Below, piece after piece: positions 1 to 13,311 of a stretch of DNA of 64,000 nucleotides. Every line of letters begins with the position of its first letter. The first letter of the stretch is position 1. The translations under genes and the position numbers were made by a program. The DNA is from Psilocybe cubensis (lineage: Eukaryota). The notes beneath the pieces are model-generated. The model did no database searches, was not told the DNA's origin, and saw only the letters and a list, made by a program, of their open reading frames with translations. The stretch spans positions 930,001 to 994,000 of the forward strand of contig CM039000.1 of assembly GCA_017499595.2 (NCBI GenBank). Direction: 5' to 3'.

Positions 1-3000
1 GTAGGCAGAGGCACTGGCATGGCAGTCACTGACGCCAATTCGGCGTGACCATCCAATTAGTAGTAGGCCCGAGGGGTTGGACCAAACCCTACTGACACCG
101 TCGATATGACACTACTCACACGGCGACCATCTAGCGCTAGCGCTTACCAGTCTTTTGGCGTATATGAAAAGAGCATGCTTTGCGTTTATCAGTCTCGGCG
201 ATTCACAATTTCTGGGGTAGAATAACTGGTACTTGATCTTTAAATTACCCTCCGATTCCGGGTCCCGTTTACGGAGGTTGCTGGCAGCAAGTGGCATCGT
301 CGCGCCGCGAGTTCCGTAACCATACGTCTAGCTCAGAAGTTTCCAGAGGTTGTCGATGGAGATATCCTGGACGATGTGTTAGAGGTGAGACCATGAGTGT
401 ATGGTCCTCGAAGGATAGAATCTGACCGCCATTACTGTAGCTTGCTTCAACAAAAGCGACGGTCCGAGCAATTCACTCTTTTGCGTACTACTGCCTGCAA
501 TTTCAATAGTCTGGCATTCCATTGCCACTGTGTGTCGACGGAAGACTTGATAGCTGTGCTTTCACCGAAGAAATTGTCTCATACAGCAGAGACATCGTCA
601 ATATCGATGCCACGAAGATGTTGCAACATCCAATACAGTCGGCGCAAGACTTTGATACAAATGAAAGATATCCACATTCAAGTCGAACAGAAGAAACACA
701 AGACATCGTACAACAAAACCAGCTATATTAGCATCCAAGCTCTGCTTTTTTTGCTCGGAAACCCATTGCACAATGCGTTCGCAACAAACTCGAGCCACAT
801 GAAATTCTTTAGCCTCCATCTGGACCTGATCTTAGGATTCTGTGTGTTCTCCGTGTCTCTTGATGTGTGTGTCTCTCGTATTTCGACAGAGAATCTGTGG
901 CGCAAGAAGAGAAAAAAAATCACCTCTGGCGTGCACTGGAGGCTTGCCCCTCCCGAATTTCCAAGCCGTGGCCTGCCGACATACTGCTTAGTCACCGATC
1001 GCGTCATGACGCGCCTGCAGCCTGACAGCTCTGCAAGCACAAAATTTCTGTGTTCACGATTCCAGTCGTTCCCAGATGTCCGAAAGGTTGCCAACAACCC
1101 ATCTTGGAAGGAATACAAGGCAATAAAATTGTGCATCAAACTGGTGACCCTCAGGCTGCTTGGCTTGCAAGTTTCAGTCGTTGGCAGGAAAGGTCAAGAT
1201 TCAACACAAGCGTTGTTTGGTGGACGTAGGATTGACGCATGGATTATCTGCCTCAAGAAATGATGATTGTACAACAAACTGTCGGTGCAAGATACACCGT
1301 AGCCTGAATCACGCATCCGTCGAGGAACTCCAGCTCGAGCAAGCAGAAAATGAAACCCCTGTAGAACCCAGCCAACTGATGGTAGAGCAAAATCTCCTCG
1401 CTGGATTTTCCAAGGCCGCTGGTGGTCCAGTACAAGCATTGCTGCTGGCGCAATAAAAACATCCGGCTTCAAGGTGGCATAGTCCTGAGGAGAATGATTT
1501 GGTAGAGAAATGGAGTGTTGTACCACGAGGATGGTTGTTACTACCATATCCGGGCACCGCTCCCGAATCTCCTGCTTGCCAAATTTACACTGGCACTGCA
1601 TGGCTGCACGCATCAGAGCTTAATTGTTTTTCTCGCCTTTTTTCACCTTATACTCCATCATTAACAGCGCCCACCATTGCTCCTTTAATCCTATTTCTTC
1701 TATCCTTCGCTCGCAACATTATTGTTGCAGTTGCTTTGTATTTTGCTGTGAAATATCGACGCGTCATCTGCCGATTTCCTATATTTCCAATCGTCCTCGT
1801 TGGCTAACACAATGCTCCTCACTCACCAAACAATTGAAGACACGTATTTGTCTTCAAAAGGTACTCCAACGCGTCATTTTTACTATTTGTCCTTACGCAC
1901 AAAGTCTACTTCTATAGACTCCCCCCAATCTTCCTCACCCATCACGAGTCAACTGGAGTTGAGAAGCTCGTTCTCGAGTGATGAGAGTAATGTACACCGT
2001 GGAACCTTCTCGGTGAGTTCGTTGTCAGCTCAGTTGAAGTTGGTCGTCTTACGCGTCTCATGACACCCAAGCTATCCTCGCTCCTCGAAATATCCACCTA
2101 CAAATTCAAACTGTTCATTTTTCGCTGCAAATCGCGATTGTCCCTGCTGCCATTTTGGCCCTCACGCCAAACCTCCTTCTTACCTTGATCCCCACCAATA
2201 ATTGGCACTACGGCCTAACCACCCCATGTCCACATTTCCTAATGACCATTGCATCCTAATCGTCCACTATGTCTATATACCCCACCGCCGTCGAGTTGTT
2301 TTGAAGGACGTATTGCTATCGTACTGCCCCCTCCACCAACCTAATCTACTGTACATACCCGTTGTTGCCGCCACGTTTTCTTGAATGTCACTTTCACGTA
2401 CTAATACTAGCATGTATCATACTATAACCTCTTGTGAAATATCATTTTGACTTTTGTTGTACAATAGTCTTTGACTCTCGCGTCGCCGCGGAGTAGAAAA
2501 TTAACACTGCCATGCATCAACACCGGTTGGACATATTGTCATCCCTTGAAGTACACAGATACTTGTTCAATTAACACGAGGCTCGGCGGTAGGTAGAGTT
2601 TCATCATGGAAACCCCAAGCAGGTGCTGTGAGAGAAGAGAATTTTAAGGTTCCACCAGCCTGTGGACCACCTCCGTGATGTTCCTGGCTAAATTCACAGG
2701 GAAACTATGGCAATTTCAATGGTCTCGTCTCAAGATGATTTTTTTTGACAGAACGGAAGTCGAGTCACCAGTACAAGCGAACTTTATTTACATTTAACTT
2801 GATGACATATAGACACTGGCCATTCGCCGAAGCAGTGAGATCGATCGTCTGTGTATATATAGCAAATTACCGTCTGCTTGTTGAAAATTCTTGGACACCG
2901 GAAATTTGTGAACAGGTTGCTGCGCTCAACGGTCTTGAACCATCATGGAAAAACATTTTCTAATTGACCGGTCGTTAACAGGATGGAATCAGATGAAGAA

Positions 3001-3055
3001 AAACGACGTACACGGACAAGCTATGGAAACATTTTGAACTTTCCAGTGATGATAC

Positions 3056-6000
3056 TCATAGAAAATACATGGAAGTCTCAAGGTTGGGGTGCACTTTCCG
3101 GAAAGCCTTTCTCCAGCGCTCCATCGCAATCTCCTTTTCTTCATAGTTCCAATAGGTGTACGCTGACTCTTCATCAAGATCATCCTCTTCTGGATGAAAA
3201 TGAAGCATTCCATGGGAACATACTAACTGTTGAAACAAATGAATATTGTGTATTGCATCACATTTGACTGTTTCTTACATCGGCATCTTGACGAAAGGTT
3301 AGGCACGTTCAATGTCCTCAACACACTGTGTATTTATGATACTTACAATTTACGGGTGTGGGAATTGAGATAGCGCATGTCGCCTTTGCGTAGTTGTGGC
3401 AAAGAGAATACGAAAGCTCTTGTAGACTGAAGGCAGGAAAAAATTATCGACCAGACCGGCAGAGGCCACTAATCTTAGACTTACGGTTGCATGTCGTAAT
3501 GCCAATTCTCGTCATGGAGGATGCTATAGTGACGGGAGCGGGAAGCTTTGGGATGTTCTTCGATCAACAAATGAAAGAGACACAAATATGAGCCCACTCA
3601 CCGTTTTGCCTTTGCCAATCTTTCTTGGATGAATGGCTCTGTAAATAGAAATTGGGCACAGCAGGATTTGTTACTCCGCTGTCGACTACAGTCCCAGCAA
3701 ACGTATATCCATCTTTTACTTCTCTATAACCATAAATGAGTTGAAGGCGTGACCTCGCCATAAGCGATATGTTGCTTTACCTTTTATCTGTGCAGAAAAA
3801 TGTGTGATGACTTGGTTCAAACCATGCTTCAATTAGCCAATGTTAAAAGAAGATGCTAACGTATCTCACCGCTTTCCTACGACAATATATGTCAAAAGAG
3901 GGAAGGGAGTTTTATCCCGCGATATTTCATACTTTTTCCACAGCTTTGAGAATGCGCTTTTGATGTCGGATATTTCGCGCAGAGCTAATGATTTGAACTG
4001 GGTTTCGGAAATACCGTCCCTGTAGAATATCAAACGTTTAGGCGGTCCTTTCCACTTACGGCCAAAAGTGTCGATCGCTTGAAAAACGTAATCCTGTAGA
4101 TCCATGATACGATCCACTCCAGGAACTTGTATTCCAGGCAAGGCTGCATACTGTGTAGCAGTGTCGTCGAGAGAATAGACGACCCCAGTAAACGATGGTC
4201 TTCTCACACTGTGCTCTGGATGCCTAACGCCCGCGCCTGTCACGAAGGCAGCAGATTAGTATCATCAAGCATGTTAAAGGCCTCTTTACATACCCATGAT
4301 GATGAAACGGTCCGTTTTGAGTTGCTGCATGACTTGCGAATCACTGTAGAAGTTGGTTCCTCCGAGGCGGGCATTTAATCTAAGATTTTGATAGTAGGAT
4401 CAAATAAGATACTATGGTAATAAAATGATTAACATACTTGAGAGCAACATTATTATAGTATTGACTGATGTTATTTGGGCGGCTTTGCCTGGTTGGTAAC
4501 CTACCTTCCTGGAGGCATTGAGTTAACACCCCTACGAACAAGTCATTATCAGTATGCGGTCATAGTAGAGTGCCATCCAAGTTACCTAGGGTTATATCAC
4601 CCCACCACTTAACTCGACGTCTGATTGGTGCAGCCCTGCTGAGTCCTGGCAAGATAACAACGACCATCAATTCCCGTAGGTACTGGCTATAGGTGATTGG
4701 AGGCTTTTGACCCTCTGCGAGTCCAAACACTTGTATGTCATAATATTTTTTGATAGCATCAGACATTGTCTAGCAGTATTGAGATGTAGTGGATTTCGAA
4801 GATGTATCAATTGAGAAGAACTTACAAACTCGACATCATCGGAAATTTTAGCTGGTACCATAAATGGCGATTCATTGACATCTGAGGGACCCAAGTTGGT
4901 AACACTTCTGATACTTAAACAACTGTTCATGACATTCCCATTCCTAAGCAATATCGTTAGGAGTAATACGTGTGAATATCATTATCAAACAAAAAACACT
5001 TGCCAAGTCTTGTACAGGACTCAACGATACAGGATTTATGACGTCTGAGGTCATGAAATATTATCGATTTCTTTGTTTCTGTGGCGAATGAGATAATCAC
5101 CCAATATTTCATAGCCACAGGGTTAGTAAACCCTTGTTGCAAGGTATTCCAAGCACCATTCTTGAATGTCTGCTGCGGCGTAAGACATATTCTTTGTGAG
5201 GGACAGTGATCATAACCTACCAAATGAGGATCAGTCGGGTTGAAGACGATCCGAGGAGGGAGCAGTAATTTAGCACTGATTGTGATGGGACTAGGGCTAA
5301 TCTTCATTCCTGCTTCTAAAATAAATTTCGAATGAATAGATAGTTGTACCTATCGACAGGTAAAACAACACTATTCCAGAAATAAAATATAAGTAAAGAT
5401 CCATACCGCATCTTTGATCTTGCACATCTTGGAACTCGGAGGTACGACTGCCTTCCTCGTAAACTTTGTAGTCAGGTCATAAGGAAGCCTGTTTTTAAAG
5501 AGTTGCCCAGGTTCAACTTCGCAAAGCTCCAGTGGAACTACATCATTTGACTGAAGGCGAACACCAATATTCTTAGGATTGCGTAATTGTGTGTAGACAT
5601 CTTGCTAAAAAAAATCCAGGTCAGCACACAAACCACATGCATAAACTATAGATACAACAGCAACCGTCGGTTCCAACTCATTTTCGTGCAAAAAATATTC
5701 TCCAGCAGTTGGGACCAGTCCTCGAATTGACTTAGGCCGTGATCTTGTGCCATCAATTCTTTGGTACGTTATCAGAATTGGGCGGAGAAACTTCTGTAGT
5801 GTTTTGAACTCAGGCTCTCGCTCGTGTAGATTGAGCCCACGGATATCATGAATTTTAAGCTTATCCATACATATATTTTCAGGAATATCACGGAAGAGAT
5901 TCGTCAGCTTGCATTATATCAAATATAATTTTTGCGACTAACGCTAGTCCAACAGAAGTCTGCATTACGATTATCAATCTACCATGTGCAGGTCTAACTG

Positions 6001-6945
6001 TTCTGTACCATTTTATAAATAGGAAAAAAAACAAATTCATCGAGAATAAGACATACTGAATTATTCCATCCCAAACCTCTAAACCACTACCCTCAAGTTT
6101 AAGCCCGTTCGTCGAATTGAAGGAAGTCCATGTTTTGCGAGTTCTGTACCTATATAAAGGTTTTGACAACCCTAGTAATTTTAAGCATGGCGCCAGGAAG
6201 ACCTACAAATTTTGACCCTGTTGTATAAGCAATTGAACCAAATTCAAAGCAGCTAACGCTCTTGGAGTTCTCGTTTTCTCCTGAATGAGGTCGTAGACGT
6301 GCCTAATGTCCCCAAAATTTAGTGCGTCAAAGATGAATGGGCATAACCCCTAACCTTGGGTCTATTTGTTCTGCAGAGGTCAGAGAGAATTTGATCTTGA
6401 TTATTCCTATTCCAGCAGCATGAAGGGGTTTCCATGATTTCATGCTAATGAAATACTGAGAATACCAGCTCAGAGTTAGACAGAGGGTCGTTTGAGCGAA
6501 AACGTACGGCCCCATTTTCATTCTTCGCGTGTGGGAGTAGCCTAGAGGCATACGCAGTTGCCTGTCCGTCATATAAAATTGGAGGGGTGAAAATCTCTGG
6601 CGCAACAATGGTTTGCAAATGTTGCATCAATCTTATTCTGTAGGTCCGGAGGGCGGGAGGGTCGAATTCTGCGAGTTCTCCAATAGTAAGCCAACCTAAT
6701 AATCGCGCCGCAGACCCTGCACGTCGTAAAAAAGGGGGCTTACCCACTTATTAATAAAAGAGGAGAAAAAATATCAGGAGCTTTCTCAACAAAGACTTTT
6801 AGACACTCTCAAGCACTCATGGCTCACCGTGGTACATGTGATACCTTCCAGTCGGTAGTTGCGTGATTTCGAACGCGTTTGCTGTAAGCCAGATTGGAGT
6901 GTATCCAGCGGGAGATCCTGAACTGTCTTGACGTGTCTCCGCCAT
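3056..6945 (-). CDS. Argonaute family protein, multi-exon (AgoA); predicted slicer-deficient
   Basis: Spliced exons give the N-domain ([11 protein letters not shown]), LEVWDG, PAZ (PLELCEVEPGQ), MID (VKWWGD..LTQC, NVALKLNARLGG) and PIWI ([36 protein letters not shown]-stop at 3056). Start codon uncertain: 6945, or a further exon near 7100. Confidence 0.93.
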
Positions 6946-7560
6946 ATTGAACAGTTGTCAACTTTGAAGGAAGGGACGCTTTGGAAAATATTCTTTGCTA
7001 GCAGACAGCAGTTGGACAACAGTAAGCGAAAAACAAGAGAGTACACTCACGGGAGCAAAAGTGTTTATACCCTTTTGATCGTGGGAACGTTTGTCCATCA
7101 GTGAGATTCGGCACTAAGAAATGGGTGGTATCAAAGTATCATGTAAAGGGCGGATTTCTTTTTTCAAAAATGTCCTTTCGCAGAGATACATCCATCTTCT
7201 TACATATCAAGGGTATTACTCCATTCAACGAACCAAATCATGTTATCGATCCAGCGTAGTGCAAGCGACCTCGTCCAGACGACAATGACTAACTGCAGAG
7301 AAAATGACTCTCATTACAGAGAACCGGAGACTGCTCATAGGTACTTAATGATTGATTTATATTTTACGGTTACCATTTTTTATATGCAATTATTTCAATA
7401 GTTGACTTCGGGGTCAATGTGAGAACAGCGGGACTTAGAATGATTGTGTCGCCGTACCTATGCCTCGTCGCTATAAAGGTATCGTTAACGGCGATGGAAT
7501 TATGATCAAAAGACGTCTTACTATGATCGACAAGGAAAAGAGTGTTATCGAAGATATTCC

Positions 7561-10500
7561 TCAGAGAAAATACATTGACTTTAGGAGATTGGGATGAACT
7601 TCTTTGAAAGTCCCTTTCCATCGATTCATGTCTATGGAACTGTTTGACGTGCCGCTAGAACTTGACTGATTATCGTCGAACCGCAGGTCCATATCATCAG
7701 GATTGATGTGAAACATGCCACGAGAGCAGACCAGCTGAGAGATGAATTAATTATGGGTACATGAATAGACATACAAAGGATCCCTTACATCGGCATCTAC
7801 AAAATCAAATCAGTTGACTTATCAATCAATTAAACGACTAGAACGTACAATATACCGGGGCGGGTATTGAAACCGAGCGAGTAGCTCTCGCATAATTATG
7901 GCATAATTTATATGAAAGTTTGTGGATTCTGAGAGATACGATGAGAAATTCATCTCCCGTGAGTAGAGGAATTAAGTTACTCTGGCATGTTGAAATTCCA
8001 ATTTTCATCGACAAGAACAGTATAATGACTGGAGCGCGATGCTTGAGTATGGGACTCAGTTAAAAATTTGTGCTGAAAAGTAAGCAAGATATACGCACTG
8101 CCTTGAATTGCGGCATGACTTTGGAGATAAAAATCGTGCACCGATGGATGGGTGATCCCACTATCAATTAAAGAGCCTGGAAATGCATTTCGAACCTCGC
8201 CATTTCTGGAGAAAAAAAAGGTAACAGATGAGAAATGAATACATTATGCGGGGAATATCACCAAGTTACATTTCCTGGAAGAAAACTGAGTGATGGCTGT
8301 AGGTCCATTCAATGAGATAATCGAGTCAAGGAATTGACAGAGTGACGTACCGCTTTCCCACAACAATATATGTCAACAAAGGGAAAGGTTGGTCCGTCTG
8401 AGTTTTTCTCTTCTCTACCCATAGCAGAGCAAATGCTGATCGTATGTCCTCTATTTCGAGCGGAGCCACCGTGTTAAATTCGCCTTCAGATATGCCGTCC
8501 CTGTAGAATATCAAATGCCGCGGGGGTTTGTCATTGCGATGGATGAAAGTGCGTAGAGCTTTAAGTACGTAATCCTTCAGGTCCATGATTCGCTCAACTC
8601 GAGAAGCTTGGATTCCGGTGACGGCGGCATATTGGGTCGCTGAATTATCGAGAGAGTACACAACTCCTGTAACTGATGGCCTGTTGACAGTAGGCCCCGA
8701 ATGCCCGACATCTGCGCCTGGAAAGTGCGAATTCAACAATCAGAATGGTTTGCAGCTTTCAAATCGTACCCATAATCATGAAACGATATGGTTGAAAAGC
8801 ATCCAGTGGGCTGTAAAAATTTACACCCCCAAGACGAGCGTTTATCCTATGTTTGTAAGCACTAGTTCCAATAAAATGTGCAAGAGCATCCTATGGACAT
8901 ACTTGAGTGCAACATTGGTCCAATACTGATCTTTTGCATGCAAGAGTTTATTTTCACGAATGCATTGGGTGGCAACACCTGGAAGAAGTTAATATACACC
9001 CACTCATACTCCATGGACCTTATATATTTATACCTTGAGTTATATCTCCCCAGTGTTTGACACGATCCCTGATCCCTCCTGCGTTGAGAGGCAAGATAAC
9101 AATAGCTATTAACTTTCTCAAAAAGTATGCGCGCTTGTCTGTTGTCGAGGGCAGCCTATCCTCAGATTTTTTAAAGTAAGACTCGACGGCTTTTTCCATG
9201 GTCTAGGAGACGTTAGATACTGAAAACGTGTCGACAATGGATGTACGTACCCCTTTAACATTATAACCGTTACCAGGTGGCGCTACGTGAGGCAAGGCAC
9301 CGATATCTAACAATATGTTAATAGACCCTAAGAGATACAAATGCTGAAGTCATACTCATTCCTCAATAAGTGTAAATATCAACATTTAATTCAACGTAGG
9401 TATCAAAAAAAGAACGCGTGCCGAATTTAGCACAGGATCCCAGGAGGCTTTTAGGTTTGGTGGCCACCATTTCCATAATTTCTCTCTCTTTGAACCTCGC
9501 GGAGAACGAGACAACCATACAAAATTTAATTTCTCTTGGCTCAGTGAAGCGTTGATCGAGGGCGTTCCACTGTCCACCTTTGAATTGCTACTGGGGTAGT
9601 AAGCCAACAATTCTTTACATAGAATAACGATGCCAACGAACTAGTTTGGGTGAGTTTCGATCAAAAACCACTGGGGGTTGATGTAGTAGTTTAGCGTCGA
9701 GTCGCATAGGTTCAGATTCCAATCTCATTCCCGATTGCAAAACGAATTCTGACGCAACAGTTACTTTCCCCTGCCCGCAAATAAGATTCAGTTTAAACAA
9801 TTGCGATAAGAAGGATTGACATACCGCATCTTTGATTTTCTTCAACCTTTTTTGAGGTATCATTGTCGAGAATTGCATCATGTCGGCCATCATTTCATCT
9901 GACAGTTTTCTCTTAAAAAACTGTCCGGGTTGAACGTCGCAAAGCTCGAGAGGAATGACATCCTTGCGCGGATTCCTACTGGAAGTAAGGCGTACACCGA
10001 TGATTCGAGGGTTCTGAATACAAATGTTGTAGGTTTGGAAGAAATAGCTCTGTGGTCGAAGATTGAAGATCACTGAAGGTGAATAGGTAAAGAAATTCTG
10101 TGTTTACTTACAGAAACAGTCATATTTTCAAAACCATCCTTCAGAAACGGAAAATCTCCGGCAGCTGGAACTAATCCACGGATTGTCTGTGTTCCTGATC
10201 TGTTTGCTCCTGTGCGTACCGTTATTCTTACGCCCTTGAGGAATTTCTCCAATATTTTGAAATTTGAGTCGGTTTCTCTTAAAACGAGAGTGCGCATGTC
10301 TTTGGTGCCAAGCTTATCCATGCAAATATGAGGTAGATACCCGCTCTTATATCTAGGATAAGAAATTCAATACCAGATCTTCATTTCAGTCAATACTTGC
10401 GTACATAGTCGCAGTACACGTATCCACATTGAGAATCATTTTGCCAATAGTGGGCCGTACAGACCTGGTCCGAAATAGGAGTCAACGTCAAGGATGGAAA

Positions 10501-11426
10501 CGACATGCAGAGGACGTACTGGAAAACACCTCTCCAAAGCTCCAAACCACTGCAACCTAGGTCGAATTTGTCATTGCCAGCGAAATATGCCCGACCGTTG
10601 TTGGTGTGGTGCCTTCCAGAGTTATCATCGTCAATATCTTGGTCCTCAAAACGTTCATTTGCACTGACATGTTTGGAAACTGCCGCACGATAAGTTGGAT
10701 TAGATTGGTAGCGACCAGCGCTCTTGTAGTGGATCGATTTTCGCGAATAAGGTCATAGACGTGCCTGTACGTGTTATCAGACCACTAAACATAGCATCAG
10801 GCAATAATTTGGTTAGCCTGACCTAGCGTCAACCTCGTCGCCGTTGGTCAAGGTAAAATGAATCTGAACTGTCCCTTTTGCAGATGGATCAACTTCTCCT
10901 GACTTTCCCAGGCAAACAAAGTACTTGAATAAAAGATCAGAGCCACATTCAAAGTCAGTGTGAGTGTGGCAGTGAACAGAGAAACCAGTGCATACATTCC
11001 CGCTTCCAGTGTTAGCTAGTGAAAGAAGTCGATCCGAATACACACGCGACCTTCCATCGAACAGAAGATGACGTTTGAACACGTCCGGAGCAACAGTGAT
11101 TTGCAAATGATGCATTAGCTGCACCCTCTTGTGTCGACTGTGGCATTCCGGGGTGAACACTACAACCCCGGGCCCCTCATCAACATTATGACCATGGTGC
11201 AAATCCTATAGAGAGATAGCTCACCAACTAATTGCCACAAACGAGAAAGGAAGCATCAGGAGTCCGTCAGAGCACAATCATACAAGGGAACAGTAGTGCT
11301 TCGCTCACCATCGTACGAATAATACCTATTGGTAGGCAACTGCGTTATCTCAAACGCATTAGTTACAAGCTTTATCGGTACGTAGCCAGCGTGTGTTTGA
11401 GGTCCAGTCGCAAGAGGGGCAGACAT
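7561..11426 (-). CDS. Argonaute family protein, multi-exon (AgoB); intact DEDD tetrad
   Basis: Starts [31 protein letters not shown] at 11426. Contains PAZ ([11 protein letters not shown]) and PIWI motifs [39 protein letters not shown], ending SMYFL-TGA at 7561. Confidence 0.95.
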
Positions 11427-11730
11427 CCTAGCCAGCTAGGACAAGGTGGAAGAGAGAGGTCAAGTTGCAAACCAAGGGTCGGTTGACAACCCCGTCTAAA
11501 TAATCGCGTTGAGTAAAAGTCCCGTGTCGCGTCGCGTCAAAGAGGGTTTGTCACCCCGCGTGTGATAATCACTGCCACCCCAGTACAGCAACAGAGGAAA
11601 AGGGGTTTAACAAATAGAGTAAACTACAAAGAGAACAAGGAGTCAAGGGAGTAGCTTTTATAAAATCAACAATAAGCCCCTTTAAACTATCCCAAAAGCG
11701 CAAGAGCACTGCAGATTCTACTCACTTCTA

Positions 11731-12834
11731 CTACCTAGACACCCACGAAATCTTCCCAAAAGGCGTCGTTTCACTGCCACTCTTTGATCCATCTTTCACG
11801 TAGAATCCCACCTCATAGATCCCCGTCCCTCCTTCCGAAGTTTCAATGAATGCAATTTCGTCTTCATCACCAGGGACACTCAAGATAAGCCGAGCATATG
11901 AACCAAGATGATTGGCATTCACGGTATCAAGGTCCCAAATCACATCTCTCGAACTGGACGAAATAGGTTTCTTGCCGACCACTGAAGTCAACTGGCCAGC
12001 GATGGCTTCAAAAGAATCGCTACTAATCAAAATGCGCACAAATGCGATTCCACTAGCAGTCGATGGGTGTTCCGTGTTAGTGGGAGGCTCACTTGGGACC
12101 TATCGACAACGCCAACTGATCCTTGAGATTCCTAACGTGCACCAGCGAGTCAGACAACGCACTCTTAGCCCGCGGGGTGTCACATCCCCACAAAAGAACG
12201 GAAGCACACCGCGCCCCGCAACTGCAGGCGCAGAGATGAGCCACTTCAGCGCCTGCCCGTCAGGCCGCACACGTCCGCCATCCTCTTCCGGACTGTATTT
12301 CACACCACTGCCTTCCGCCCGACCGCGTTCATTGATCGTCTGCGCCACGCTGTCGGTGTGCGAGCCGTTCCCGAGAAATGCAAAGTCGATCCAGCCTGGC
12401 TCCTTCTTTGCCCATGGATGTTTCTCGCGCTGCTCTCGCTCGGGGCTGCCTATGGGGTAATGCGACGCAGGGTACGTGAAGGATATCAGCTCCAGGTAGA
12501 CTCCGTCAGCGAGGACCTGTCAATACAACGAGATGCGAATGAAAGGTAGGGCAGCGACCAGGGTGAACATGGCTCATTCAATCAATATGGATTCACTGAA
12601 ATGCGTTTTGAAGACACGAACGACGAGAGCGTTGGCGGTTAACCCGCCTACATGAGTTCCTCCAGGAAGCACTCTGAGATACATCATTGGATGCATTCAA
12701 CGTGGTTTTCTCTTCGAAATTAATCGATAAACATACTTAAAACCACGATCTTCAAATTGTCTAGACGCCTCTTCCACAGTACCAGGGGGTGTCAAATGGA
12801 CGAGGTGGTCGAGTGTGCCAGTGTTGATCGGCAT
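11731..12834 (-). CDS. Glyoxalase-like domain protein (Glyoxalase_3 / VOC fold), multi-exon
   Basis: Reconstructed N-terminus MPINTGTLDHLVHLTPPG..GF, then PGGTHVGGLTANALV, DGVYLELISF, GGRVRPDGQALKW and LPFFCGDVTPR. These are motifs typical of this family. Confidence 0.8.
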
Positions 12835-13311
12835 CGAAGATCGCTCCTGGTCAGTCAATAGGGAATGGAGTCAAGAAAGTCCAGCAATAAGAACACGACA
12901 TATGGGAAAAGTTGATAAAAGATATTGCCCCATTTCTCGCGCCCTGTTCGTCTGTTCATGACGCTGTCAGCCTTGGCGGCCCGAAATCGGCCGTTTTGAT
13001 GGGAGCTGAATTGTTCAGCCTGCTTGGACGACTTACAGTCTCTCGATTCCATCAGTCGTTCGTTGGTTTGGTGGGAATATATGTGAAGAGCTAGTACCAT
13101 ATCAACGTTACCTCAAAGGTACGAGCTTATGCGCGGGATTGTAAAAAGCCGGGCTTTGAGTTCCGAATGTAAAGGCTCTGGGTGTCCAGGGAATTATTCC
13201 CTGCCTCCATTGTGATTTTTGACGATAATTTAAAGTACATGATCCACCTTGAAAAAAGCGGGATGAAGAGAAACCCCTTGATGCCAGAGAGAAGTACTCA
13301 CCAAGCAGTAA

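Noticed and set aside
397-2400. 288-aa ORF (397-1263) and neighbouring plus-strand ORFs
   Set aside because: No recognisable motif, non-ATG start and non-protein-like composition. No consistent spliced model could be built, although a gene end near 250-510 cannot be excluded.
6150-6210. Apparent in-frame stop in AgoA if the first AG (near 6172) is used as acceptor
   Set aside because: A downstream acceptor (tatatag, near 6150) gives a normal-length intron and restores the frame, so this is not evidence of a pseudogene.
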